Shown here: one piece after another, positions 40,576-49,805 of the stretch
How positions within the stretch are numbered: the stretch's first letter is position 1
Layout: every line of letters starts with the position of its first letter
From: a virus
Taxonomy: Duplodnaviria; Caudoviricetes
DNA: 58,387 nt
Strand: one strand, 5' to 3'
Virus record (IMG/VR): IMGVR_UViG_3300008122_000003
Location: 1-58,387 of that record
Notes under the pieces: model-generated
The model's database searches: none
Told to the model about the DNA's origin: nothing
The model's input: only the letters and a program-made list of their open reading frames with translations
Made by a program: the position numbers and the translations under genes

Positions 40576-41070
40576 TTACAGCAGCCCGACGTAAGCGCAG
40601 TCGGCGTTGATCAAGTCGGCGCCTACCTGACTGACTGACATTTTGCCAGTCTCGACACCACGTTTGCCATTCATCACGTTGTCCTGCAGACGGTAGACCG
40701 CCTGACCGGTTGTGGTGATGGTGGCGGGGTTGTAGGTGGCAGAGAACACCCCGCGCTCCTTGCCGTTCTGTAGACGGCCGCAGGCGACCACCAGCTCGCC
40801 GTCCGGGGTGCGGGCGGCTTTCATCTCCAGTAGCTCGACGCTATTCGGATCACCGAACGGGCCCGCTGCCGATGCGATGACCATCCCGCCGACCCAGCCC
40901 TTCTCGATGGGGGCCATGGTGTGCCAGCTGGTGGACGGGTGCCCTGTGAACATCGGGCCATCTGGGGTAACCTGGGCGCTGCAGCGTTGAGAGACGCCGG
41001 ATGCGACGGCTACAGCGGCGAACAGGCCAGCTGTGATCAACAGCTTGGATTTGGTGTTATTCATCTGCAT
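40576..41070 (-). CDS. Hypothetical exported protein
   Basis: N-terminal signal peptide; RBS GAGGA. Confidence 0.65.
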   Translation of the reverse strand: MQMNNTKSKLLITAGLFAAVAVASGVSQRCSAQVTPDGPMFTGHPSTSWHTMAPIEKGWVGGMVIASAAGPFGDPNSVELLEMKAARTPDGELVVACGRLQNGKERGVFSATYNPATITTTGQAVYRLQDNVMNGKRGVETGKMSVSQVGADLINADCAYVGLL

Positions 41071-41413
41071 TGTCCTCGTTGGTTTTCAAGTGGGCCGCCA
41101 CTCGCTGCTCCATTTTTTCGTAGTCCGCATCCACTAGGGATGTGCGCTGGATGTTTTGCATTTGTCCCGTGGTTGAGCTCCATCTGCCTTTAGTCGCAGG
41201 GGCTCTTTTACCGGTAAGCACATCGATGAAGAACTGCTCGGCCGAATCAAGGATGTCGGCGCCCGCATTTATACCGTATGGCGCGGATACCGCGTGGTGA
41301 AAGGCGACCTGTCGTGCAGCAATGCGCTCCAATTCTTGTTGTGTCGGCGTCCCGTGCAGACTCTGCCACTCTGGTTGAGACGGGGTGCGCCCTGTTACGG
41401 TTTTCTTGTTCAT
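41057..41413 (-). CDS. Hypothetical protein
   Basis: ATG overlaps previous stop; RBS AAGGGA. Confidence 0.6.
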   Translation of the reverse strand: MNKKTVTGRTPSQPEWQSLHGTPTQQELERIAARQVAFHHAVSAPYGINAGADILDSAEQFFIDVLTGKRAPATKGRWSSTTGQMQNIQRTSLVDADYEKMEQRVAAHLKTNEDNADE

Positions 41414-41781
41414 CGTTTGTATCCCTTCTGTTCTTCGGCCTGACAGATAGCACAGGCTCGATTGGCGGTGTACCGCACATGGTTGAGTGGGTGGTGCCTG
41501 CACTGCGCACCGACATAATAGGTTGTGCCCATCGCTTGTGCGACCTGTCGGCCCATCGGCACCAGTTCATCGGGCAGACAATACTGCCAGGTGGGGTCGA
41601 TGTTCGCCTTGCCGGTCGGCCCGCCGACATACCGCTCCTTCTGGTAGCGTAGCCGTTTGACCTGTGCGGCCTTGATGGCGGCCTCCTCGTTGGCCGAGTC
41701 GACCCGTGTGGTGTACTGGGCGCCGAGCACGATGCCGATACGCCAGTCTCCCCGTTTCACCATGGACACATCGTAATGCAT
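41410..41781 (-). CDS. Hypothetical protein with C-terminal Cys/His Zn motif
   Basis: RBS AAGGAGG; TYY.G..C..H....RYT.NR.C..C. Confidence 0.7.
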   Translation of the reverse strand: MHYDVSMVKRGDWRIGIVLGAQYTTRVDSANEEAAIKAAQVKRLRYQKERYVGGPTGKANIDPTWQYCLPDELVPMGRQVAQAMGTTYYVGAQCRHHPLNHVRYTANRACAICQAEEQKGYKR

Positions 41782-41812
41782 GTCGACCTCCTTGGTCCGT
41801 GTCGATGGGTTA

Positions 41813-41843
41813 AAGATAATACCGCACGAATCGTTAGTCAAAC
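41813..41843 (-). promoter_or_regulatory. Early promoter TTGACT-N17-TATCTT with shared operator-like core
   Basis: GTTTGACTAACGATTCGT on the minus strand; one of five copies. Confidence 0.8.
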
Positions 41844-41852
41844 ACTTTATAC

Positions 41853-41875
41853 AAATAACCCGCCTTTCGGCGGGT
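41853..41875 (-). terminator. Terminator
   Basis: ACCCGCC-GAAA-GGCGGGT-TATTT on the minus strand. Confidence 0.65.
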
Positions 41876-41897
41876 CAGGGTTATCGGGTGGGGTGGG

Positions 41898-42101
41898 TTA
41901 GCATTGTGACTGGGTGAAGCGGCTCATGGCCAAATTGACCGCGAGTATCGTTATGTGTCCGTCACTCTTGTTCATATCCTCTACCAGTTTGTCCGCCATG
42001 GCGTGAACCGCTGCTTGGACGTCGACTGGTAGTTCAGATATGGCGCCGCGTAGAAGCAGCTCCATCGTTTTCATTTCGTTCTTGGTCTTCAGGTCTGTCA
42101 C
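41898..42101 (-). CDS. Hypothetical protein
   Basis: GTG coupled to the methyltransferase stop. Confidence 0.6.
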   Translation of the reverse strand: MTDLKTKNEMKTMELLLRGAISELPVDVQAAVHAMADKLVEDMNKSDGHITILAVNLAMSRFTQSQC

Positions 42102-43003
42102 AGCTCGTCCTCCTCATATTCGGCTTTCCTTGCCGCGTAGACGTGCTCCGGCACATGCTCACAGCAAGGGTCACCTGACATCATTTCTTCCAGCTCAGCC
42201 CATGTATCGACGACCCCGCAGCTGCAGCTCTCGTCGTGTACCCAGTAGAACGGGCCTTTCTCAGGGGGCTCACCTGCCTTGTCGAAACTCTCGATCCACG
42301 CTGCACGGTCGGCCGCTGCACTTGCCGCCAACGGCTCACCTATAGCCTGCAACCACGCTCGGCCAAGGTACTTGCCGTCCAGCTTCTTCAGGTCGGGGAA
42401 GATGTCCTTGTCGAACACCAGGATGGCTGCGCCGAACCCGGCCGAGGTAGGTGGGGTCACACCTTCATCCGGGCGGTACCAGACAGGGGGCTCGAAGGCG
42501 ATCCGGCCTTTGATGAAGATGATGGCGTCTGCCTGCACGCCCTCTTCCTCGTCGAACGCCTTGGCGGGCCACCAGTTCTCACTGGTAGCTGACTTGACCA
42601 GCCACGCAGACGCAGCACCGCGGTCACGCTCCTCGGCCGCTTTGGCCATGATCCGGCGCATACCGGTGAGCGGGTCACCGTTCTCATCCTGGGCGATCGA
42701 GTAGGGCGGGTTGGCGTAGGCCATCGGCTTGCCGCCCTCATCCATCTCAATGTCCATGAGCGTGGCCGACCAGTCCTGTTTCAGGGCGTTGCTCTCGGCC
42801 GTGAAGTAGTGGGGGGCCTTAGCGTTCTGGCCGTCAGTGAACAGGTCGAGCTTGATGCGCCCGCCGACCAGGGTGTTGATGGCCCAGTACAGCCAGTCTG
42901 GCGAACGCCATTGATCGCCTATTTCTTTGGCCTGCGGGTGGCGCGGCTTGCGTTTGACGGCCGCGAGGGCCGCCGTGTAGGACTGCTTGGGGGTTTTAGC
43001 CAC
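42098..43003 (-). CDS. Phage N6-adenine DNA methyltransferase (T1 Dam-like family)
   Basis: DQWRSP, LDLF, NAL.QDW, NPPYS, GRIAF. Confidence 0.88.
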   Translation of the reverse strand: MAKTPKQSYTAALAAVKRKPRHPQAKEIGDQWRSPDWLYWAINTLVGGRIKLDLFTDGQNAKAPHYFTAESNALKQDWSATLMDIEMDEGGKPMAYANPPYSIAQDENGDPLTGMRRIMAKAAEERDRGAASAWLVKSATSENWWPAKAFDEEEGVQADAIIFIKGRIAFEPPVWYRPDEGVTPPTSAGFGAAILVFDKDIFPDLKKLDGKYLGRAWLQAIGEPLAASAAADRAAWIESFDKAGEPPEKGPFYWVHDESCSCGVVDTWAELEEMMSGDPCCEHVPEHVYAARKAEYEEDEL

Positions 43004-43679
43004 GGTCGTTGTTCTCCTGGTTGTTCAGGGTGGCAAGGCCGACATCGAATACCTGCTTGATCAGGTGCAGGGTCCCCGCCGTGTACCCGCCTTGGTGGAG
43101 CGAATCGTCGAGCGCGTAATGCGGGGTGCCGTTGAACGGCTTGGTGCCCTTCACGTCGATCCCGAGCATCTGGCCAAGCAGGACGACGGTGCGCACGTCG
43201 GCGCTGGCCCAGAACGGCCACGGTGCTGGCTGGTGGACGGCTGCGTAACATGCCTCCAGGATCGACACGTCGAACTCCTTGCCGTTGCCCCACACGCTGA
43301 TATGTCGTCCGTGGGTGGCGATGACATTGTGATACCAAGCGCGGAGCTCTGATAATGCTACGGCTATGCTAACCTGATCGACTTCGAGCGCCGCTTTGGC
43401 CTCGTCACCCTGCTTATCCCACCAACGGACGGTGTCGGCGTCGAAGGTGAGGCCCTTGTCGAAGCACGACTTCTTGCAGACATTCACGTAGAACTTATTG
43501 CCCGCGTCGTGTTCAACCGGTTTGCCTGTCATGTTGTCCCACAGACTGGCGCCGATAGAGCGGATGGCGCAGCCGGGTTTCTTACCCCACGTTTCGAGGT
43601 CGATCTGGATGCCGACGCTATTGGCAGGTGCGCAGGACACTTCCTGCAGGCGGGCGAGTAAGTTGGTTGCGTTGGTCAT
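42996..43679 (-). CDS. 3'-5' exonuclease (DEDDh, DUF5051-like)
   Basis: IDLETW, SIGA, TVRWW..Q, VWGNG..FD, D.RT, H.ALDD. Confidence 0.88.
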   Translation of the reverse strand: MTNATNLLARLQEVSCAPANSVGIQIDLETWGKKPGCAIRSIGASLWDNMTGKPVEHDAGNKFYVNVCKKSCFDKGLTFDADTVRWWDKQGDEAKAALEVDQVSIAVALSELRAWYHNVIATHGRHISVWGNGKEFDVSILEACYAAVHQPAPWPFWASADVRTVVLLGQMLGIDVKGTKPFNGTPHYALDDSLHQGGYTAGTLHLIKQVFDVGLATLNNQENNDRG

Positions 43680-43706
43680 AGTGGTTTTCCTTGTTGGTTG
43701 CGGGTG

Positions 43707-43922
43707 TCAGATCATCTGGCTCGCCGGGATTACTGGGATGCCGAGCTCTTTGGCGCGGCGGCTCTTGGGGGCATTGGTGTTGGTGGTGATCACCGCGTCC
43801 GTCTCCTTGTTGACAGTAACGCCGATCAGGGCCCCTGCCTGCCACGCTTTGGTGCGGATAGAGAGGGGGACGCATTCGCCGCTGAACACGACGCGCTTGC
43901 CTTGCAGCTCTTCGAATTTCAT
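43707..43922 (-). CDS. Stand-alone BRCT-domain protein
   Basis: LQGKRVVFSG...GA.....V.K.TD.VI.......K..RAKELGIPVI. Confidence 0.75.
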   Translation of the reverse strand: MKFEELQGKRVVFSGECVPLSIRTKAWQAGALIGVTVNKETDAVITTNTNAPKSRRAKELGIPVIPASQMI

Positions 43923-44251
43923 AGGGTGTTCTCCTTCATGTCATCGAGTTTTTCCAGCATCTTGTCGACGTAGAACCTGGATTCATCACTGTTCTGGACA
44001 TCACCGTGTAGGCAAACCACGACGTTGACGATCGCCTCCAGGGTATCGTTTTGCTTTGCGAGCCGGCGCTCCAGCTCATCGATCCGTTTCTGTTCAGGTG
44101 TCATCGTTGTGTTCTCCGTTTCGGTGGTCTTGTAGCGTGGGGACAACAGATAGGCCACGGCGCCGGTGATCAGGGCCATCTCGATTGGTGCTCCGATTAT
44201 CATGCAAGCCCCCATGAACCATGTGGCCGTGACCCACTGCAGCGGGATCAT
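43919..44251 (-). CDS. Hypothetical membrane protein
   Basis: Hydrophobic N-terminus plus coiled coil; coupled. Confidence 0.6.
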   Translation of the reverse strand: MIPLQWVTATWFMGACMIIGAPIEMALITGAVAYLLSPRYKTTETENTTMTPEQKRIDELERRLAKQNDTLEAIVNVVVCLHGDVQNSDESRFYVDKMLEKLDDMKENTL

Positions 44252-44667
44252 CGTTTACCTGCCTTATGTTTAAAGGGGGAGATCACAGTGGTCGCCCCGG
44301 GGAAGTAGTCGGTTAGAACGGCAGCGCACAACTGGGTGGCCCGCTCAATGTCTGCCGGGTTGAAGCTGGGACAGGCGGTGCGCACTTTGCAATAGCTGTC
44401 CATCTGGGGCGCCCTGGCCACCGTCAGGTCATGCTCATGGATCCCTGTCACCACGGTCATCGCTCGGGCAGCTGAGTCATGCCCGTAGGCAAACACCAAG
44501 GATGGGTTGGTGTACGGGGTCTGTGGGCCGACGAGGAAGGCGTACAGGTGGCCGAACGCGGGTGTCGGCAGTGAGCAGTCCTCCGGGATCTCGTCACTGA
44601 TCCCCCACTGTCGGCCGCAATGGCTGCAGTAGACGGTGTCGCCTCGTGTCTGGGTCTTGTGGTTCAC
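44248..44667 (-). CDS. Hypothetical protein
   Basis: GTG coupled to upstream stop; CxxC near N-terminus. Confidence 0.6.
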   Translation of the reverse strand: MNHKTQTRGDTVYCSHCGRQWGISDEIPEDCSLPTPAFGHLYAFLVGPQTPYTNPSLVFAYGHDSAARAMTVVTGIHEHDLTVARAPQMDSYCKVRTACPSFNPADIERATQLCAAVLTDYFPGATTVISPFKHKAGKR

Positions 44668-45254
44668 AGTTCATCGTCCTCTTTCAAAATACGCCCCCAC
44701 TGGTCGGCCATCGCGTCGGCCCAGCCTTGGTATGTCTTGGCTCGCAGCATGGCGCGGTCGTCACTGGGGCCAAGTTTGTTCTGCCCGCTGTCTGTCTGGT
44801 TGTCCCAGCGCGGTAGGTAACGGTGTGATCCGCACTTCAGGCATTTGTGGTGTCCATAGGCGAACACAGACTTGCAGTCCTGACAGACCAAGCGTGGCTC
44901 GACGAACCCGGTCGGCTTCAACAAGGGCAAGTTCTTCAACCAGAGACCTGTCCGCTTACTGGCATTGTCGCCGAACTCATATGGCTGAATGGTGTCCAAG
45001 GCTTCCTCTGTTAGCTGCGCTCGGCCGGGGACGCGGTGGTTCCAGTGAAGCCCGGAGCTGCACAGGTAGGTGCAATCCGGGTGGGCGATCATCAAGTCCC
45101 AGCCGTCGTCCAATATGTCCCGGACATCACCGGTGTAGTGTGGCCCGGGAACGGCGGAGTCCACTAAGTCGCAGGACATGGCATCGTGCCCCGCTTTGAT
45201 AAAGGCGTCGCGGATAACCCCGAAACGCTCACATGCGATTAATACTCGGCTCAC
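44664..45254 (-). CDS. DNA cytosine methyltransferase-like protein, apparently with an internal deletion
   Basis: RVLIACE..G.IRDAF...GHDAMSCDL, WDLMIAHP.CTYL, IQPY.FG...SK.T.LWLKNLP; no ENP motif seen. Confidence 0.72.
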   Translation of the reverse strand: MSRVLIACERFGVIRDAFIKAGHDAMSCDLVDSAVPGPHYTGDVRDILDDGWDLMIAHPDCTYLCSSGLHWNHRVPGRAQLTEEALDTIQPYEFGDNASKRTGLWLKNLPLLKPTGFVEPRLVCQDCKSVFAYGHHKCLKCGSHRYLPRWDNQTDSGQNKLGPSDDRAMLRAKTYQGWADAMADQWGRILKEDDEL

Positions 45255-45838
45255 AGTTCGTCGTCCTCTTTCAGTCGTGCAATGTCTTCCGGTGTCACCG
45301 CCTGCAGGCCCCACCCGTTCATGCTCCAGCGGGCATCGTGGTCGAGGATGATGGTGTCCCAGCCTTGCCGGTGATAGAACTCGGCCTGGGCCATCATGGC
45401 GGCCTGTGAGCGGCAGCCCTCCGCCTCTCCCCAGTTACCGAACCACGGGTTGGCCGAGACCAAGACGGGCGCGATGTAGCGGGGGGTTGGGTAGACGGAC
45501 AAGTCGTCCATTCTGGCAGCGTGGAGCACACGGCGGGTGAAGTGGACTTCGTGGTCCCATGTTCTGGTGCTGCGGGGCGCTCCGACAGGCAGGATGGCAA
45601 GGATGCAGGCAGGCCCGCCGCCGATCAGCATGTCAACCTCGACCGCATCCCGTGACAGGCTGTCGTCCATCTCGGCCGCCTGTTTGGCGACGCGATGCAG
45701 CACGGGGTCAGACTTCGGTGTCACCGTGATAATGGTTCGGCGGCGGTCGGCCGGAACGATATACAGGAACTGCTTGCTGGGGTCTTTCAGCTTGTCCGGG
45801 CGGTATGGGCGCATCGGTTGAATGGCGGTGTCGGTCAT
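45251..45838 (-). CDS. Hypothetical protein
   Basis: Coupled ORF ending KEDDEL. Confidence 0.65.
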   Translation of the reverse strand: MTDTAIQPMRPYRPDKLKDPSKQFLYIVPADRRRTIITVTPKSDPVLHRVAKQAAEMDDSLSRDAVEVDMLIGGGPACILAILPVGAPRSTRTWDHEVHFTRRVLHAARMDDLSVYPTPRYIAPVLVSANPWFGNWGEAEGCRSQAAMMAQAEFYHRQGWDTIILDHDARWSMNGWGLQAVTPEDIARLKEDDEL

Positions 45839-46089
45839 TGTTGGGCCTCAGCAGATTTGACGGCTGTGTCGTAGGTCTCATCGCTGACATAGCTCAGATC
45901 CGAAAATCCGCTCAGGCTATATCCGATGCGCTGCGCAAATTGCTCCCTGTCTTCCTGCGGGAAATCCCGCCTGGCCAAGTGGTTCAGATCGATCCCGCCG
46001 TTGGCCAAGAGATAGGAGACGATGGTGTTTTCTTTAAACCGGATCACTCCGTGCTTGTCTGTCACCAAGGGTTGGATTGGATGGCGCAT
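45835..46089 (-). CDS. Conserved phage hypothetical protein
   Basis: HPIQP...D.HGVIRFKEN.IV..LL...G.DLN.LA...F...DREQFAQ.IGYSLSG. Confidence 0.75.
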   Translation of the reverse strand: MRHPIQPLVTDKHGVIRFKENTIVSYLLANGGIDLNHLARRDFPQEDREQFAQRIGYSLSGFSDLSYVSDETYDTAVKSAEAQQ

Positions 46090-46123
46090 GGTGTGTTTCT
46101 CTTTGTTGTGTGGGATGACGGTA

Positions 46124-46154
46124 AAGATAAACGCTTATGAATCGTTAGTCAAAC
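46124..46154 (-). promoter_or_regulatory. Early promoter TTGACT-N17-TATCTT with shared core
   Basis: GTTTGACTAACGATTC on the minus strand. Confidence 0.8.
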
Positions 46155-46170
46155 GATTTATTGCAGACGT

Positions 46171-46197
46171 AAAAAAGCCGGGGTGTTACCCCCGGCT
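46171..46197 (-). terminator. Rho-independent terminator
   Basis: AGCCGGGG stem plus T6 on the minus strand. Confidence 0.8.
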
Positions 46198-46255
46198 GTC
46201 AAAACCAACCTACTCTCCCACAACAGCTGAAGGGTAAGTCATGTGTGGCGCTGCG

Positions 46256-46471
46256 TCAACTCACCCGCTTTACGCGTGTGCCCGCCGTCATGTAAACCTC
46301 GTCCACCTCAACCGCCACGATCTGCAGCTTGGCGTCCACGGCATAGGCCGCTTGGTAGAGGAACATGACCTCCTTGGGCTTCTTGCCGTCCAGGAAGAAC
46401 GAGTCACCGATGGCCATCTTGGCGACCTTGTCGGCCCACTGGCGTCGACGGGACACCTGTTTAGAGCTCAT
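46256..46471 (-). CDS. Small putative DNA-binding protein
   Basis: M.IGDSFF....G.RV.RV pattern; overlaps the rdgC stop. Confidence 0.6.
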   Translation of the reverse strand: MSSKQVSRRRQWADKVAKMAIGDSFFLDGKKPKEVMFLYQAAYAVDAKLQIVAVEVDEVYMTAGTRVKRVS

Positions 46472-47726
46472 CGTCGTCTTCCCACTCGTCGTCTCCGTCG
46501 AGCTCCTGTTTGATCTGGTCTTCCAGCGCGGCTAGTTGCTCGTCCTCACCGACGAACCCATAACCGGCGTACTCGGGCAGCAGGGCGCCCGCCGTGATCA
46601 TCTCGTCGAGCAGGGTCTTCAGCTCTTTGGTGATGATGAACAGGCTGGCCATAGGTCGCAGGCTCAACTCGTTGTCCTGAGGGCCCTCTGCGCCGGACAT
46701 GCGATCCATCACGCCGTCCAGGTCAGCGGCGGTCAGGCCTGCCAGCTCGAACTTCTTGAAGATCCCGCTCTTGTGCACCTTCAGGTTGATCCGGTTGGTG
46801 GCGTTCTCTTCCAGAGCGCCTTTCGGGTAGAAGGTGATGCTCATCTCTTCCACCGCGATGGCCCGGTCAACCAGCAATTGGGCCGTGCTGCCTTCCAGCG
46901 TCAGGGTCTCATCCTTGATAGTGATCACCGCGTCGTCGTCCCTGTCACGCAGCTTGGCGTTCTCGCCCGGGTAGAAGCGCAGCTCGGCCAGCTGGTCGTC
47001 GTTCATCTCGTCGAGCGGCAACTTCTCGTCGTAGATCAAGCCGCGCATCCAGGGGTTCAAGGAGTCGGTGAAGATGGGGGTGACCGGCCAGGTGCCGAAC
47101 AACTTGCGCAGCAGGGCGCCGATGTCGTCGCTCATCTTGTAGCTGGTGGTGAACATGACACACAGCCCGTGGGCCAGCAGCACCGGCACACGCTTGCGGC
47201 GGATCGGCGCGGTCTTCAGCATGCGAGCGGTGATCTCGTCCTTGAGCATGGCGATGTCCTTCTTCACCGCAAGGCGGCCTTCCTTCTCTTCAAAGGAGGC
47301 GACCCGCTCGATCAGGGCGTCGTTGATACTGGCCGACGGCAGCACCCGCTCGCGGATCTCCACGCACAGCAGCACGGCACCAACACCTGCGATGCCGACA
47401 GCCATGGCTGGGTTGTCGCCGTAGATCTCCTCGTCCACCGGGATCGGCTGGGTGAAGCCGAAGGAGCGCCATAGGCCCTCGCCGGGGTCGGCGGCTGGCT
47501 TGGTGGCCAGTACCTTGTTCAGGATGATGGCCACGGCTACCGCGACCTCGCCGTTGCGCAGCGGTATGCCGAGTGCGTTCAGGGCCGTGCTGACGGCGTC
47601 AGGGTTGAAGGTGTTCACCTGGGCGGGGGTGAGGTCTTCCGCCAAGGCGGAGGCCACGTCTTGTGCGGTGTTACGGGTGATGCCTGCCATGCTGTAGATG
47701 GTGGCCTTGTCGAACAGTTTACTCAT
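46461..47726 (-). CDS. rdgC: Recombination-associated protein RdgC
   Basis: SFGF..P, ERVLP...IN..L.ERV..FE..EGR...KKD...LKDEI...ML. Confidence 0.8.
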   Translation of the reverse strand: MSKLFDKATIYSMAGITRNTAQDVASALAEDLTPAQVNTFNPDAVSTALNALGIPLRNGEVAVAVAIILNKVLATKPAADPGEGLWRSFGFTQPIPVDEEIYGDNPAMAVGIAGVGAVLLCVEIRERVLPSASINDALIERVASFEEKEGRLAVKKDIAMLKDEITARMLKTAPIRRKRVPVLLAHGLCVMFTTSYKMSDDIGALLRKLFGTWPVTPIFTDSLNPWMRGLIYDEKLPLDEMNDDQLAELRFYPGENAKLRDRDDDAVITIKDETLTLEGSTAQLLVDRAIAVEEMSITFYPKGALEENATNRINLKVHKSGIFKKFELAGLTAADLDGVMDRMSGAEGPQDNELSLRPMASLFIITKELKTLLDEMITAGALLPEYAGYGFVGEDEQLAALEDQIKQELDGDDEWEDDDEL

Positions 47727-48603
47727 GGTCGTTTTCCTTGGTTGTGGATGCAGGTGCAAAACAGTCATATGGGGAGATCGACAGGATTATTTTATCGTCG
47801 GTCTCCATTTCAACTGGTTGGTAATCAATCTTTTCGCCGCCCACTTTAGCTGACAGTTCTGTAATTTCGAACGTCCAGTTACCTTTACCGTCGATGGCTA
47901 AATTGGCAACAGCCCGTGCATCGATCTTACTGGCGGGGCACTGCCAATAACTGGATATGATTATGGATTTTTCGAGATTGGTCTCGCGCACATACTCGCT
48001 GAACGGCCAGTGACCATTAATTATGTCTTGTATGGCCACCCAGCTTACCGGGTGGTGTTTATCACTTGTAATAGGGCCGAGTTTGTACACGGATGGCGAG
48101 AAAACTTGGTGTCCAGGTTTCTCTCCTTCGCTCCATTGTGAGACTTTCACCGGGTTGGGTTCTATCTGAAACGTACCCGGCTTGAAGTCCGAGCCCGCTA
48201 CGATGAAATTGTCAGCCATTACGACCATCTGGTCGGTGTCAACCGTGCCGTCTGCCGCGATGTAGCCGGGGCCATCTTTCGAGAACGCCGGGTGGTACTC
48301 GATGGTGTTGGTGATCCGTGCAAGGTGGGCGCGCGCTTCGATCAGTCGCTCGGTGGCCGCCTGGATACTGGCCATGGTCTTGGCGTAGCCCTTGTCGAAC
48401 CGCTGCACCAGCTCAAGCGCGGTGTCGTCGTTCTCTTGGTCTGTATAGGTGTCGTCCAGGTGGGCCAGCTCGTTCATGAAGGCGTGTTCCAGCTGTTCGG
48501 ACTGCACGCCCAGGGAGTCGAGCAGTGTGTCGATCGTGCCGTTGATGGACGTGCGGATCGCCGTCGCGATGGCGACGCTGTGTTGTGTGGGTTTAGATGT
48601 CAT
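47719..48603 (-). CDS. Hypothetical protein
   Basis: RBS GAGAGG; long ORF, lower-GC C-terminal half. Confidence 0.65.
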   Translation of the reverse strand: MTSKPTQHSVAIATAIRTSINGTIDTLLDSLGVQSEQLEHAFMNELAHLDDTYTDQENDDTALELVQRFDKGYAKTMASIQAATERLIEARAHLARITNTIEYHPAFSKDGPGYIAADGTVDTDQMVVMADNFIVAGSDFKPGTFQIEPNPVKVSQWSEGEKPGHQVFSPSVYKLGPITSDKHHPVSWVAIQDIINGHWPFSEYVRETNLEKSIIISSYWQCPASKIDARAVANLAIDGKGNWTFEITELSAKVGGEKIDYQPVEMETDDKIILSISPYDCFAPASTTKENDHE

Positions 48604-48865
48604 CGTTGTTGTCCTCTCTTTCTTGTTCGGTTTTGGAGTTGAGCCCTTCATGATCGGATCCCGCGTCTTTACGCCATGCTACGTCGTCCCCGTTTAAATA
48701 GGATGAGTATCCGTATTCCGGTCCGAGCGCACTCGGTAACAACGCACACATCCACGGGGCGCCCATGTCGCCGGTTCCGCCGATGGCGATCCCCGTCTCG
48801 CGGGTCAACTTCTCAAGGCCTACCAGGAACTGCTTCATGGCAGCCTGTTGTTCTTCGTGGGTCAT
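48593..48865 (-). CDS. Hypothetical protein
   Basis: RBS AAGGA; FL..LEKLTRETGI.IGG. Confidence 0.65.
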   Translation of the reverse strand: MTHEEQQAAMKQFLVGLEKLTRETGIAIGGTGDMGAPWMCALLPSALGPEYGYSSYLNGDDVAWRKDAGSDHEGLNSKTEQEREDNNDDI

Positions 48866-48875
48866 AGGTCAGTCC

Positions 48876-49109
48876 TTATATTTTCTTGGCTTTGAAAATG
48901 CAGCACTTTTTGAACTTCTTGCCTGAACCGCAAGGGCACGGGGTGTTGCGGCCGACCCTGACGCGGCGGCAAACCACTTCAGCGCCTTCCGGGACATCTT
49001 CGTCCATCGCGGCGATCATCTTGCCGATATCCGTCTTGTCGCCGCGGTAAAACAGCTGAAGAAACTCGTCGCTCATCCCTTCTCTGTCTGGGAATCTTAA
49101 CTCTTGCAT
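48876..49109 (-). CDS. SEC-C motif protein
   Basis: VGRNTPCPCGSGKKFKKCC. Confidence 0.88.
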   Translation of the reverse strand: MQELRFPDREGMSDEFLQLFYRGDKTDIGKMIAAMDEDVPEGAEVVCRRVRVGRNTPCPCGSGKKFKKCCIFKAKKI

Positions 49110-49112
49110 AGG

Positions 49113-49259
49113 TCAGTCCTTGTCTTCTGGTATGAGCAGGGACAACAGCCCTGCGATTGCAATGCCTGCCATGATCTGCACGAACAGCTCGGTCGTCAGC
49201 CATCCAGTTGGTGCCGTCAGGTTGCACGGGTCGAGGCCGAGCAGGACTGGCATGCACAT
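49113..49259 (-). CDS. Small membrane protein (48 aa, MCMPVLLGLDP...IPEDKD)
   Basis: Not in ORF track; TGATG coupling, one TM helix, fills the gap exactly. Confidence 0.55.
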   Translation of the reverse strand: MCMPVLLGLDPCNLTAPTGWLTTELFVQIMAGIAIAGLLSLLIPEDKD

Positions 49260-49471
49260 CACTTTTTCTTGCTACGAGCTCGGACGTTGCGGCGTTTCTT
49301 GGCTGCCCGTTTTAATGCAGCGGCGGTCACCGTCTTAGGGCTTGGATGCCAGAACTTCGGAATAGTTCTCAACTCGCGAACACCGAACGGGTCAAATGCC
49401 CGTTGGTTGGACAACGAGTATGTGCCCATCATGGTGCCGAGACCGACCAGTAGTATTGAGCTCTTTCTCAT
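49259..49471 (-). CDS. Small basic hypothetical protein
   Basis: RBS AGGAG; AA.KRAAKKRRN tail. Confidence 0.65.
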   Translation of the reverse strand: MRKSSILLVGLGTMMGTYSLSNQRAFDPFGVRELRTIPKFWHPSPKTVTAAALKRAAKKRRNVRARSKKK

Positions 49472-49472
49472 C

Positions 49473-49805
49473 TCACTCTCCTGTAACGATGGTTACTTGG
49501 ATTTCGTCGTGGTATTGCGCAAACCGGACACGCGGTTGGCCTGTGATGTCGTTGAGCTGGTCCTGCCGGATCGCCAGTGACCGCAGACCGGTCTGTAACA
49601 TCGCCAGGCCGAACACCTGGCGCAACCATGCGTCCATCTGGGAGGTGTGCCGGTCTTGCTGGGCCTCCAGCAGGGCCTGCAGCTGGTCTTCCATGTCAAC
49701 GATGCCGAACTGGGTCTTCAGCTGGGCGATCAGCTGGTGGGCCTCGCTGGCGTTCCGTGGTGCGTTGATGCGGCGACGCGGGCCGCCTCGTGCTTGGTCT
49801 GTCAT
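49473..49805 (-). CDS. Hypothetical protein
   Basis: RBS GGAGG; ATG overlaps upstream stop. Confidence 0.6.
   Translation of the reverse strand: MTDQARGGPRRRINAPRNASEAHQLIAQLKTQFGIVDMEDQLQALLEAQQDRHTSQMDAWLRQVFGLAMLQTGLRSLAIRQDQLNDITGQPRVRFAQYHDEIQVTIVTGE

Noticed and set aside
44664-45271. KDEL-type ER retention signal in DDEL tails
   Set aside because: Bacteriophage context; similarity to the eukaryotic signal is coincidental
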